Shown here: in pieces, positions 26,066 through 38,540 of the stretch
Layout of the letters: each line of letters opens with the position of its first letter
Position numbering within the stretch: position 1 is the stretch's first letter
NCBI RefSeq assembly: GCF_006345805.1
Contig: NC_042997.1
Location: 171,678,001-171,742,000, forward strand
Source: Octopus sinensis
Lineage: Eukaryota
Direction of reading: 5' to 3'
DNA: 64,000 nt
Position numbers and translations under genes: made by a program
The notes under the pieces: model-generated
Seen by the model: the letters and a program-made list of their open reading frames with translations, nothing else
The model's database searches: none
What the model was told of the DNA's origin: nothing

Positions 26066-27629
26066 TTTTGTGAATGCTGCTAATAGTTACAACTCTTGAA
26101 GCCAATCATCTGCATAAAAAGCATTCAGGTTTATAACTGAGTGTTACAAACAAGAGCTGCAATCAGTCATGAGAGAACTTCATACCAAATTTCAAAAATC
26201 ACAGGACAATTCACTCTATTTCTTCCAAATTGGATCTTTGTCCCACAGAATTAGTTTTTTACTTCCTCTTCCTTATGAAGAGTACCAATTTCTGAAACTA
26301 TACTTCGTCAATAGTTTGAATAAATAAGCTTTATAAAAGACATGGAAAACAATTTGGTTTCAGATTTCAATTTTTTTAATTCAAAATCTCTAAGATAAGA
26401 TGTACAGAAATAGCTATGTAAAAATTTTGAAATTTTCCCATAAAACAACTCAAAATGACAACCAATGCTGGCAAATAGCCTGGTGTAGAGCATCAATGTG
26501 TGTGCATGTGTGTGCATGTGTGTGTATGTGTGTGTGTGTGTGCGTGTGTGTGTGTGTGTGTGCATGCATGTGTGCATGCATACATGTGTGCATGTGTGCG
26601 TGTGTGCATGCATGCGTGTGTGCATGCGTGCATGTGTGGAAAGAGAGAGAGGGAGAAAATGGCTCCTTTTGAGATAGTGTTTAGTCTTAGGTTAGCCCTA
26701 ATCCAACAAACCTATAGTCAAAGATACATGCATATCTATTTGATAAAAGGGTTTGCTTTGCAAACACTGGCTCCCAGGTTCAATCCCATAATGGTGTATT
26801 TACAAAAGATGTCAGCATAAAGGCAGGAGTTTGAAAGTAAACATAAATTGGGGCTTTTGAATAAGAAGCCTCTGTGATATTCGTTCTGCCTAAGATGCAG
26901 AACAAAAATCACAGTTGTTGGGCAGTTACTCTGATTCTTACAAATTCAGTTATTCATTCAATGGAAACTTATAATGAACTATGTTATTCTTTACAAAATG
27001 TGATATAAAATATATAAAATAAAACATTCTAAATGTAACCTTTCCACCCTTTCAGTGGTTCATAAGACTACATTATCTACTGTGTCCTACATTTAAGATG
27101 ATAAAATGTGATTTAAGTAGTTTTGGCTACTATCTCTAGTAAAAAGAATGACCAAAAAGAGGCTCAGTCAAACAAAAATAATCTTGTGTTGTTATATTTT
27201 ATTGGGCAGCTTAAAAAGAATTTATATTCCTCAACATATCAGATAAAGCATAAGTTCAAAGTAGCTGTATAGTTCTAAACAATCCTATATTTATGGAACT
27301 GAATTTATTTCTGCATAAGTCTACAATGTACAGACCCATTAACTCACAGATCTCATATCCATTGTAGCTTCCACTGCTGACACTCAGATGGAGGTTGCCA
27401 AAGAACAGTAGAGATTTCTTAACAGACATTATTATACCAGTGTTGTTAATATTTATAGAGGCCTTATCAAATGTTAAGAACTTTTAGAAAGGCAGTTTTA
27501 TAAGGTAATGGTTGTATGTGGAAGATACACAGGAGTCATAAAAACTACAGATACTCAGGAAATCAATTCTTTCAAATGCCTCAGAGGCTCTTTAAAGGCA
27601 GCGGACAATTTCTGCTATCAAAGGGAAAA

Positions 27630-28140
27630 TTAACAGAGTGGAGGAGGATGCACAGAAAGTATAATTGCTAGAATGGGAATAGGATAGAGAAAATTCAGAG
27701 AGATTTTATTTCTGGCAACCAATGGTTTCTGTCTGAGAGAAAGGAAGATTGTATGATGCATGTATACAAACAACAAATGCTACATGATAGTGAGACATGG
27801 GCTCTGAATACAGAAGACATGTGAAAGCTAGAGAGAAATGAAGCTAGTATGCTCTGCTGGATGTGCAATGTCAGTGTACATGTGCTACAGAGTACTAGTG
27901 CATTAAGGGAAAAGTTCTGCATAAGAGGAATTTTATGCATGGTGCAAGAGATAAAACTGCATTGGTTTGGTCAAGTAATGAGTATAGAAATAGACAGTTG
28001 CATACAGAAGTGCCAATCACTTAAAATGGATGAAACTTGTGGATGAGGGAAACCTAGGAAGGCATATCTCAAGACACTGATCCTTATGAAGATTACCAAG
28101 GACTGAGATATCTGGTGCACCACTGTATTCAAGAAGACCT
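27630..28140 (+). mobile_element. Decayed RTE-clade LINE 3' fragment
   Basis: GGCTESIIARMG..KGRLYDAC..MLHDSETWALNTED..LERNEASMLCWMCNV..LHWFGQVM..G*GKPRK. Confidence 0.85.
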
Positions 28141-29619
28141 GTCCACCACAACAGAATTGATACTAGTGTTAGTGCCACGTAAAAAGCATCCGGTATACTC
28201 TGTGGGAGTGGTTGGCATTAGGAAGAGCATCCAGCCGAAGAAAACAAACCAGAACAAACAATGAAGCCTGGTGAGGCTCCTGACATTACAAGTTCCAGTC
28301 AAACCGTCCAACCCATGACAGCGTGGAAAACAGACATTAAATGACGATGATGATGAATTCCTCAATGTTAAGGTGGGAAATTTGCAGTGTCTCTTTTCCA
28401 TTTATATTGTTATACAACTCGAATACGGTGGTTTTGCTGTTCCACTGAGATAGTTTTGTTATGTGTTTAATTGTTAAATTGACGGTGTCAAAGATGTGCT
28501 TACTCACTTTGCCCAAATTGGTTTTTGCAAGGTTTATTAGCCAACGTTTAGAGTTTGCTGGCGTCTTATATATATATATATATATGAACTGGGTTCTACT
28601 ATTGGTAAAATGAATATAATTTTTAATTTACCTTATAACACAAATAAAGTGAGCATTCAACTGAAAAAAATTTTCTGAAAACAAATCTATAAAAATTGGG
28701 TTTATTATAACATTACAGTGAGCATTCATTCAACCATCTTCTTTCTACACTTTATTTCAGCACACATACTACACACATTATTTTAAACTCAGAACAACAT
28801 AATCTTTTCTGAGTCAATGGTTTTTATGAAGACATTTTATGAAGACATTTTTATGTAGAATCATTACGAAGGCCATAGTTCTTCTTATAAATACACATAG
28901 CTGCTGTTGCACTATCATCATTAATATAATACAATTGAACAATCTTCAGCTTTGAAATGAAATTTTTATGAGCCCTTTAAAGAGACAAAGCTTATTCATG
29001 CCTCAGCACTAAAAAAGATGAACCATTTTCACGAAATACAAAAAGATGAAGAGTGTTTAAAAATTAAAATTTATTCAAAATGTTGTAAAAAATATTTAAA
29101 TCTTGATGCACAAAGAAAAAAATATATATTCTGGAATAGATCAATATTATTCCAATAGAGAAAAGGCTGGCTGATAGCTTTGTATAGTCACCTTATAAGA
29201 GTTGAATAAATAATGGTTTCTAATTTAGGAACAAAGCCAACAATTTTCAGATCAGGTGGGTTAAAGCACTGACTCCAGTATAGGACTGGTACCATATTTC
29301 ATCAACCTTAAGTAGAAAGGCAGGATTTGAATTCTCGGAATGTAAAGTGATGAAAAAATTTTCACGGCATTTTTTTTTATGATGCTCTAAACAATTCTAC
29401 CAATCTAATAAAATTCTATATGCTATATGCTATTATATAAATGGCATAAAAAGCACCCACTACACTCACGGATTGGTTGGCGTTAGGAAGGGCATCCAGC
29501 CGTAGAAAACTTCCAGATTGACTGGGCCTGATGAAGCCTTCTGGCTTCACAGACCCCAGTAGAACCGTCCAACCCTGCTAGCATGGAAAACGGACGCTAA
29601 ATGATGATGATGATGATGA

Positions 29620-29851
29620 TATATACCGAGTAAACACATAATGTGAAACAAGGTGAAAAAAGAGTACTCAAAACCAGTGGTAGAGTAATATGCTTTATTT
29701 AAAGCAGCAGTAAATTCAACAAAACCTGTTACTCTGAGTTTCCCATTGCATTTCATCGGACAGTTTTTGCTAGATGAACGGCAACGGAAAACTCAGAGTA
29801 ACAGGTTTTGTTGAATTTTCTGCTGCTTTAAATAAAGTATATATATATACT
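29620..29851 (-). mobile_element. Penelope-type short element (family P4) with hammerhead-like motif (29726-29763) and inverted partial copy (29773-29851) forming a ~160-bp hairpin
   Basis: Minus strand CUGU-CCGAUGA-AAUGCAAUGG-GAAACUCAGAGUA-ACAG. The plus arm starts inside the core at GATGAACGGCAACGG. Confidence 0.7.
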
Positions 29852-30790
29852 GGGTGTGGTGAATAAAACTGTCATCTAAATTAAGCAAAAATGAAAATAA
29901 CACTGACATCTCATTTTAACAGATATATTTACCAAAATTACAGAAAAATATCTTGAAATACTAAAGAGTAATTTTATTCAATAAAATCGCTATTAGCTTC
30001 AACCATGAACTCCAGAAGACTTCGGAATCTTCTGCATCTCTTCTGATGGTTTCCTTGTTTAAGTTGGTGAATGCTGACATACTTCTTGCCTTCAGTTCAT
30101 CTTTGGTGTTACAAGGAGTTTTGTTGATCTCTTGCTCAACTGTGCCCCACACATAATAATCAAAGGGTTGCAGTCTGAGGAGTTACGTCACCAAATATTA
30201 GGGGGGATGTGGTCGTAGAAATTGTTTGACAGCCATGAGTGGGTTCTCATGCTTGTATGACATGGTGCAGAGTCCTGTTGTCAGACGTAAGGTCTTCCAG
30301 CAGCCACCCTCTTCACCCAGGGTAGCACTACCTCCTCCAAGCATTTGATGTAGGCATCCATGTTGAGTGTAAGGCCATGTGGGAAGATAAATGGAGGCAT
30401 AACGTCACCATCAATAGTGATCACTTGAAACACCCTGATCTTGACTGGATGTCTGATTTTTATCACTCTCGGTACATGTTTTGGGGACACAGCAAGCCAA
30501 CAGTTGTTCTGTGTGTTCACCATCTGATCTTGGCAGAAATTTTTCTCGTCTGAGAAAACCAAAGCATGTTCAGTTGGAGGGGATGCTTGAGTTTGTTCAA
30601 AAGCTTCGTAGTTTGGTCTTTCCTCTTGTCCTTGATGGCTTGAGATAAAAAAAATTGTCTCTTTCTCATCTTGTATGAGGAATACTGAACATCTTCAGGC
30701 ACTACCAACCTGATAAGAAAACTCAGACACTCCCATGTCCCTGGCAATGGACCTGATTGACTTAGAAGGATTGTTGTCAATTATGGTTTG
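29850..30790 (-). pseudogene. DD37D (maT-like) Tc1/mariner transposon, 3' two-thirds, 5'-truncated
   Basis: ORF pieces read FSDEKNF...QQDSAPCH...DCNP(L)DYYVWG. 37 residues separate D2 and D3 after correcting a 1-bp deletion. A terminus-like sequence TATAC-TGGGTGTGG lies at 29846-29860. Confidence 0.88.
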
Positions 30791-30791
30791 T

Positions 30792-31700
30792 CCCATACTT
30801 GTCTCTTATGTGTTTAAATATCTTTCACTCGTTGGTGATGTCCTGTTCTTATTGTATATTTTTCGATATTTTATCCTGTATTTATCTCTCATGTGTTGAT
30901 GCATTTTTCACCTGTTGGTGATGTCCTGTACTTGATGTATTTATTTATTTATAATTGAACACCACACAGCCTTGTCCACAGTAAGTTATTACTGTTATAT
31001 ATTACTTTACTCTCAGTTCCCTTTCTTTCTTTCTTTCTTTCTTTCTTTCAATCTCTCTCTATCCCTCTATAATCCTCTTTATTTTCCGTTTCTCCTCCTT
31101 TGCTGTCCCCTGTCTATCTTTCTTCCACTCTCCACTATCTTTTGTTCCTTCTCTTCTCCTCACTCCCTTTTGTTTCTTTCCCTCCTCCTCTCTCTTGTCC
31201 CCCTTCTCCTCTACTTGTTGCTCCCATGTGATTATAGACCAATTCTCTCACCTCTGTCTTTTCTGGACACAATGTCCACTTAGCTGGACATCATTTTTCT
31301 TGCTTCCCGACATTTTCTCTCTCTTTTTTTTCCTCTTCTACTATTTTCGTCTCTTCTATTTATTCTATATCCTTTCAAAATTTCTCCCAGACATTACCCA
31401 TTACAATGCGTCTTGGCCTAATGGTCCTTCATTGTCTTCATTGATTGTTTACTCTGTACGTCCACTCTGTTGTTGTTTGTTCGTTCAAAGCTCAAACTCT
31501 CCACAAATTTTGTATTTTCAAATTTCGTGAATGCTACTGTTTCATGAAGGTTTTCTATCTTGTCACTGAAAGCTCAAAATAAGGAGTAATTAACAGTTGA
31601 CAACTGAGGAGGGGTTAGACTTCTTTTGGTATTTTGTCCTGTACTTATCTCTCATGTGTTTATGTATTTTTCACTCGTTGGTGATGTCCTGTATTATATA
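30792..31700 (+). mobile_element. Possible decayed Penelope-like remnant with terminal direct repeats
   Basis: TCTC..ATGTGTT...TCACTCGTTGGTGATGTCCTGT occurs at ~30800, ~30885 and ~31645. A degenerate ATGAAGG...GAAAGCTCAAAA lies at 31540-31580. Confidence 0.4.
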
Positions 31701-31702
31701 TA

Positions 31703-32092
31703 CTCTTACTCTTTACTTGTTTCAGTCATTTGACTGTGGCCATGCTGGAGCACCGCCTTTAGTCGAGCAAATCGACCCCAGGACTTATTCTTTGTAAGCC
31801 CAGTACTTATTCTATCGGTCTCTTTTGCCGAACCGCTAAGTTACGGGGACATAAACACACCAGCATCGGTTGCCAAGCAATGCTAGGGGGACAAACACAG
31901 ACACACAAACATACACACACACACATATATATATATGCATATATACGACAGGCTTCTTTCAGTTTCCATCTACCAGATCCACTCACAAGGCTTTGGTCGG
32001 CCTGAGGCTATAGTAGAAGACACTTGCCCAAAGTGCCACGCAGTGGGACTGAACCTGGAACCATGTGGTTGGTAAGCAAGCTACTTACCACA
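31703..32092 (-). mobile_element. SINE family A
   Basis: Head, microsatellite and tail as in the other family A copies. Confidence 0.9.
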
Positions 32093-32229
32093 AATACACA
32101 CACACACAGACATGAAGGAAGTAAATAGACACCTTTAATTTTCAAAACTACAACTTTAATCTTTATACTCTCCAATGCTATTGACTGTTCCCTATTACAT
32201 GAAACTGTTCCCCAAAAATGGCGACATAA

Positions 32230-33010
32230 AAAGATGTCAAATTTAGCCTGAACATCCTATACAAAAGGCAACACTGAACATGATGTAGACCCATTGCTAG
32301 CAGTGAATTTTGTGTTACAGTATTGGAGAGTAGTGGAAACAAGTTTAACTAAAGGTGATCTGTGATCCAAGGGCATCAAAATGGATTTACGAGTCCCAAT
32401 GAGCCCTGAGGGCCACAAAACCATACTAGAATTGAGCCTTGGAGAAAGCACTGAGACAAAATGCATAAAATTGACACAGGACAGAAAGATCACTTGTTAC
32501 ATTCGTTAGAGTGAAATATACTTAAGAGCTGAATACTCAGAACTAGGAATATTAAGCAAAAACAAGGAAAGAAAAATTATGAAGAATGACAGCAAAATAA
32601 TGATTAAACAAAAAGCAAAAAAAAAAAAACCCCAGAGTACTAACAAACAAAACTCTGGGGGTAACTAAGGAAATATCTATAGTATCACAATAAATTAGCA
32701 AGTATCACAAATAGATTAGCAAACTCCTCATCTCCTAACAAAACTAACTTGTAATATTACACCTTCACTATGTGATGCTATGCAATGAGGAAGAAATAAT
32801 TATGGATGAAAATTTCCAAACAGTCAGCGAAAATGTGACAGGAACAAAGAGAAAAAAATTCACAGGTGAAGAAAACTCAGCATAAAACAACAAAAAGAGA
32901 TCACTCCAGAGGAAAATAGTAAAGACAACAAAGAGAACGAAGATGAGCAAAGATTTGCCATTCTTTGAAATCAAACAAATAGTTAATAGTCAAAATTACA
33001 CATCTCTAGT
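32230..33010 (+). pseudogene. Possible decayed gag-like ORF1 of a non-LTR retrotransposon
   Basis: Long, nearly open + frame containing ITCYIR*SEIYLRAEY, which is a C-x2-C-x4-H-x4-C knuckle with single-base changes at three ligands. A K/E/N-rich tail (ENFQTV..TKRKK) follows. Confidence 0.4.
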
Positions 33011-33110
33011 AATTTGTAAATTGTTTTTCTTTTTCATACTCCACATTATCCTTGTGAAAATTTCATATTTTTTTTATCTCATGAGACCCTCGTGGCTAAT
33101 AAACAAAAGT

Positions 33111-33141
<31 letters not shown>

Positions 33142-33729
33142 TATTATCGTTGTTGTTGCTGTTGTTGTTATAGAAGGGGGCAAGCTTGGCAGAATCATTA
33201 GCCCACCAGGTGAAATGCTTAGCAGTATTTCATCTGTTGCTACATTCTGAGTTCAAATTCCGCTGAGGTTTACTTTGCCTTTCATCCTTTCGAGGTCGAT
33301 AAAATAAGTACCAGCTGGACACTTGGGTCAATGAAATGGACACATCCCCTCCCACCAAAAACTGCTGCCCTTCTAGCAAAATTTGAAACCATTGTTATTA
33401 TTATTACTATTATTATTACTATTATTATTACTATTATTATTATTATTTTTATTATTATTATTATTGTTGTTGTTGTTATAATGTAAGGTGGCAAGCTGGC
33501 AGAATCATTAGCACACCAGTGAAATGCTTAACGGTATTTCCTCTGTCTTCATGTTCTAAGTTCAAATGCTGCTGGGGCCGATTTTGCCTTTCATCTTTCC
33601 CAGGTCAATAAATTAAGTACCAGTTATGCACTGGGATTGATGTAATCAGCTGGTCCCCTACCCCAAAATTTCAAAGCCTTGTATCTTCAGTAGAAAGGAT
33701 TATTATTATTATTATTATTATTATTATTG

Positions 33730-34149
33730 AGACGAAGAGTGTGATTCGATTGTAAGATATTTTATTGGTTGAACGATATTTCAACAGTAAGTCTGTCTGT
33801 CAAGTTCAAAATAAGAAGTGATAAAAATTCAAAATTATAGAAATTTAAATGTAAAGTATAAATAAGAGCAACCAGCATCCACACATTAATGGAATGACAT
33901 CATCAGTTTTGAAGTTACAATTTTATAACAGGTGAAAAGAAAAAGACAGAAAATATTGTAACTTCAAAACCGATGCTGTCATTCCATCAATGTGTGGATG
34001 CTGGTTGCTCTCGTTCATACTTTATGCTTAAAATTCTAAAGTTTTAAATTTTATCACTTCTTATTTTGAACTTGACAAAGACAGACTTACCGTTGAAATA
34101 TCGTTCAACCAATAAAATATCTATTGCAATCGAATTGCACTCTTCGTCT
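33730..34149. repeat. 420-bp inverted repeat (MITE-like, ~190-bp arms, ~33-nt spacer)
   Basis: AGACGAAGAGT.. / ..ACTCTTCGTCT at the ends; inner ends GTTTTGAAGTTACAAT / ATTGTAACTTCAAAAC. Confidence 0.9.
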
Positions 34150-34193
34150 TGACTGTTTACCTTTGTGAAGAATTACATCAATACTTTTTAGAA

Positions 34194-34232
<39 letters not shown>

Positions 34233-34854
34233 GCACCAGACAAAATGCTCTGTGCCATTTCTTCCAGCAGTGCATCCTGAGTTCAAATGTTGCTGAGGTC
34301 TTTGTCTTTTGTCCTTTTGGAGTCAATGAGAGAAGTACCAGAGTACCAGTTGAGCACTGTGGTCAATGCAGTTGATTATCCCACTCCTCCAAAATTTCAT
34401 GCCATGAGCATACTTTAGAAAGGATTGTCATTATTATTCTCAATATATTATACATAGGAGTTGATTTGGGAGAATTATTTGCAGTTTTTTACATTCTGAG
34501 GTCAGTAAAATATAGTACCAGTCATGTACTGACTTTGACTTAACTAAACTGTCTTTCAAAACGTCTTGCCTTGTGTTTATATTAGAAATAATTATATAGG
34601 GTGGTAGATTGGCAGAATTGTTAGACAACTGGTAAAAATATTGCTATGCAACATTTGTTCCAACTCTTTATATTCTGAGTTCAAGTCCAGCCTTGGTTAT
34701 CTCTTCCTTTTTTGGGATCCATAAAAAAAAGTATCAGACAAGAACTGGGATTGATAATACTAACTAACCCATCCTGGTGTTGAACTAAAATTTGAAACAA
34801 TTATTATTATTAGCATGGAAAGTGGACATTAAACGATGATGATGATGATGATGT

Positions 34855-35240
34855 TTAACTTTTGCTTTACATTTGTACAAGTTGGCTCCAAGTCTCATCC
34901 AGAGACCTCAAGAGACAACAAGTTGGAAGTTCATGCTGGTGTTATGCCTAGGGTGCCATATATTTGGTTTTGTACATAGTGTTGTTCTAGAGAATGTTTA
35001 AGAAACCATAAGAAAATTATGTTTGTTTTAAAACTTGAGATTACAAAGAAAGTATTTTGCATAGGATATGAGCAGTTCCCATGAGCACTATCTTTTGAAT
35101 TTCTGCCATTTTGGGGTTTCCTAGTATCTGAGCTAGGTAACAATCAGCCCCTTTTGCTATCATTCCCAGGGCACCTATGACAACAGTTATTGTTTTAGTC
35201 TTCAGGTTCTACATTTTGCTAATTTCTATTTCAAGATCTT
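34855..35240 (-). mobile_element. 3' end of a second R4/Dong-like RLE retrotransposon subfamily
   Basis: Minus-strand translation SKYKDLEIEISKM*NLKTKTITVVIGALGMIAKGADCYLAQILGNPKMAEIQKIVLMGTAHILCKILSL* (35240-35041) aligns with the C-terminus of the 41892 element. The 3' UTR is different and ends at a (CAT)n tract. Confidence 0.85.
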
Positions 35241-35465
35241 TATATTTGCTCCCCTCTCTCTCTTTTGGAGAGGCACAAGCACCTACACGCACACATACAC
35301 ACAAGGCAGTAACTTCCACCTACCGAATTCAATCACAAAGCTCCGGTCAGCTCGGGGCTATAGTGGAAGACACCTACCCAAAGTGCCACGCAGTGGGACT
35401 GAACCCGAAACCACGTAGCTAGGAAGCAAGCTCCCTAACCACACAGCCATGCCCACGCCTACAGC

Positions 35466-35504
<39 letters not shown>

Positions 35505-35720
35505 CATCATATTCTGCAAGCTGGCAGAATTATTAGCATGCCGGGCAAAATGGTTAGTGGCATTTCGACTGTCTTTATGTTCTAAGTTTAAATTCTGCCA
35601 AGGTCAACTTTCATGAATTAAGTACCAGTGAAACACTGGGGGTTGATGTAATTGACTATCCCCCTCCCCCAAATTTCAGGCCTTGTGCCTATAGTAAAAA
35701 CATTATTATCATTATTGCCA

Positions 35721-35756
<36 letters not shown>

Positions 35757-37436
35757 GAGTTTGCTTTGAGTTCAAATTCCACCTAGGTCAACTTTGCCTT
35801 TTATCCTTTCAGGGTCAATGAAATAAGTACCAGTTGAGCACTAAAGTTGATGTAAATGACTGGCCCCATCCCCCAAAATTCCAAGCCTTGTACCTATAGT
35901 AGAAAGGATTATTATTATTATTAATATTATTATTAAGGTGGTGAGCTAGCAGAATCGTTAGCAGACCAGGTAAAATGCTTAGTGGCATTTCATCCATTTA
36001 CATGTTCTGAGTTCAAATTTGGTTGAGGTTGACTTTGACTTTCATTCTTTCGGGTTTGATAAAATAAATTCCAGTTGAACAGTAGGATCAATGAGATCGA
36101 CAATCCTTCTCCCCTCAATTTCCAGGCCTTGTGCCTATAGTAAAAAAGATTATTACTATTATTGTTATTATTATTAACCGTGGCACGTAAAAGGGCACCA
36201 TTCGAGCGTGATCGTTACCAACGTCGCTTCAGTGGCACCTGTGTCGAAGGCACGTGTAAAAAGATTCGAGCGAGGTCATTGCCAGTACCGCCTGACTGGC
36301 CTCCATGAAGGTGGCACATAAAAAGCACCCACTACACTCTCGGAGTGGTTGGCATTAGGAAGGGCATCCAGCTGTAGAAACTCTGCCAGATCAAGACTGG
36401 AGCCCGGTACAGCCATCTGGTTGCCAGCCCTCAGTCAAAACCGTCCAACCCATGCTAGCATGGAAAACGGACGTTAAACGATGATGATGATGATGATTAT
36501 GGTGAGCTGGCAGAATTGTTAGAATGCCAAGCAAGATGCTTAGCAGCATTTCATCCGTCAACGTTTTGAGTTCAAATTCTGCTGAGATTGACTTTTCCTT
36601 TCATTCTCTCAGGGTCAATAAAATAAGTACCAGCTGAGCACTGTGGTTGGTGTAATTGACTTATGCCCTCCTCCAAAATTGTGGGCTTTGAGCCACTGAG
36701 GTTAACTTTATCTTTCATTCTTTTGGGGTCAATAAATTAAGTACCAGTGAAAAACTGGGGGTCGATGTAATCGACTAGTCCTCTCCCACCCAATTTCAGG
36801 CCTTTTGCCTTTAGTAGAAAGGATTATCAAATGGCGAAGAGCTGGCAGAAGCGTTAGCATGCCAGGCGAAATGCTTAGCGGTATTTCGTCTGCCCTTATG
36901 TTCTGAGTTCAAATTCCACCAAGGTCGACTTTGCCTTTCATCCTTTTGGGGTTGATAAATTAAGTACCAGTTATGCACTGGGGTCGATGTAATCAACTTA
37001 ATCCCTTTGTCTATCCTTGTTTGTCCCCTCTATGTTTATCCCCTTGTGGGCAATAAAGAAATAAAAAAGGATTATCATCATCATTGTCTTTATTGTCATT
37101 ATCAAAATGAGGATGAGGGAAAAGATTACAAGTAAAAAGATACTTGCGACATTCAGTGACTTTTCTTTAAGTCTTCAGTTCAGACCCCATGCCAACCCTG
37201 TTGAGGTCAGCTTTGCTGTTTCACCTTTTCAGGATCAATAAAAATATAAAATCAACTGCAAACCTTTCTGCCACCAAACCAATTTGTCTTGTACTTAAAA
37301 AACAAAATTAAAAATTGTACTTTTTCTATAAAAGTATGTCAGCCACATGACAAGCAAGATGCTTGTCAGAGGGAAAAAAAAAAAAACATAAATGCATTTA
37401 ATTGTAGGCCATCATTGTCCATGTCAAGTTACTTAC

Positions 37437-37498
37437 AACTGAATGAATCTTTAATGGCCATATAAACACTACTTAGCAATCTGTGCTGGACAGCTGTA
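37437..37498 (-). CDS. Candidate 62-bp internal exon
   Basis: CTTTTACTTTTATAG acceptor and GTAAGT donor. Only one frame is open (TAVQHRLLSSVYMAIKDSFS). Confidence 0.25.
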
Positions 37499-37699
37499 CT
37501 ATAAAAGTAAAAGTTACATTGAATTTTAGAAATAACATCTAATAAAAACAAACTAATAGTGATAGGCAAACATAATATTCAATTATTGTAGATCATTGGA
37601 TATATCATCATCATGAACGGTTTTTTTTTGTTGTTAGTTGTTATCATCATTGTTATCATCATGATCAACAACACCACCACCACTACTATCTCCTTCTTT

Positions 37700-38050
37700 T
37701 CCTCCTCCTCCTCCTCCTCCTCCTCCCCATCCTCCTCCCACTCTTCGTCTTTCACCTGCTCTTTCTGCTTCCCATCATGTTCCTATTCTTCTTCCTCCTC
37801 CTCCTCCTCCCCATCTGCCTCCCACTCTTCGTCTTTCACCTGCTCTTTCTGCTTCCCATCATGTTCCTATTCTTCCTCCTCCTCCTCCTCCTCTTCCCCA
37901 TCCGCCTCCCACTCTTCGTCTTTCACCTGCTCTTTCTGCTTCCCATCATGTTCCTATTCTTCCTCCTCCTCCTCCTCCTCCTCCCCATCCGCCTCCCACT
38001 CTTCGTCTTTCACCTGCTCTTTTTGCTTCCCATCATGTTCCTATTCTTCC
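37700..38050 (+). repeat. Minisatellite, 4 x 84-87 bp within (CCT)n
   Basis: CACTCTTCGTCTTTCACCTGCTC..CCCATCATGTTCCTATTC at 37739, 37823, 37910 and 37997. Confidence 0.95.
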
Positions 38051-38540
38051 TCCTCCTCCTCCTCCTCCTCCTCCTGCTCCTCATCCTCCTCCTCCTCCTC
38101 CTGCTCCTCATCCTCCTGCTCCTCATCCTCCTGCTCCTCCTCCGTCGTCATCCTTCCTTCTTTTCATATTTGTAAACAGTCGTCTCTAGGAAAAACCAAT
38201 GTAAATTTTGTGATGCTATCAAAGATATTCCAGTTTTATAATCTTTTTTCCATATATTTTTATTTTCTGACGAATAATTTCGATTAGTAGAGATTGTTTT
38301 GATAATAAATCATGTTTGGTAAATGTGCCTGTATGTGTGCACTTGCATGTGTGTGTGTGTGCACATGCATGTGTGTGTATTTATACTTGTGTGTATGTGT
38401 GTGCCTATATGTGTATTTGTGTGTGTGTGTGTATGCATGCATGTGTATGTATATATGCTTATATGTGCCTGTATGTCTGCACTTGTGTGTGTGCACTTGT
38501 GTGTGTGTGTGTGCACCTGTGTGTACACATGCATGTATAC

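Larger units (their letters stand above)
33178..37070 (+). mobile_element. Head-to-tail train of about 11 family B SINE copies or fragments separated by (ATT)n
   Basis: Repeated GCTGGCAGAAT..GAGTTCAAATT..AAGTACCAG..AGTAGAAAGGATTATTATT units, all on the + strand. Confidence 0.85.

Noticed and set aside
32630-32661. 9-bp hairpin after poly(A)
   Set aside because: Too short to be significant in 64 kb.
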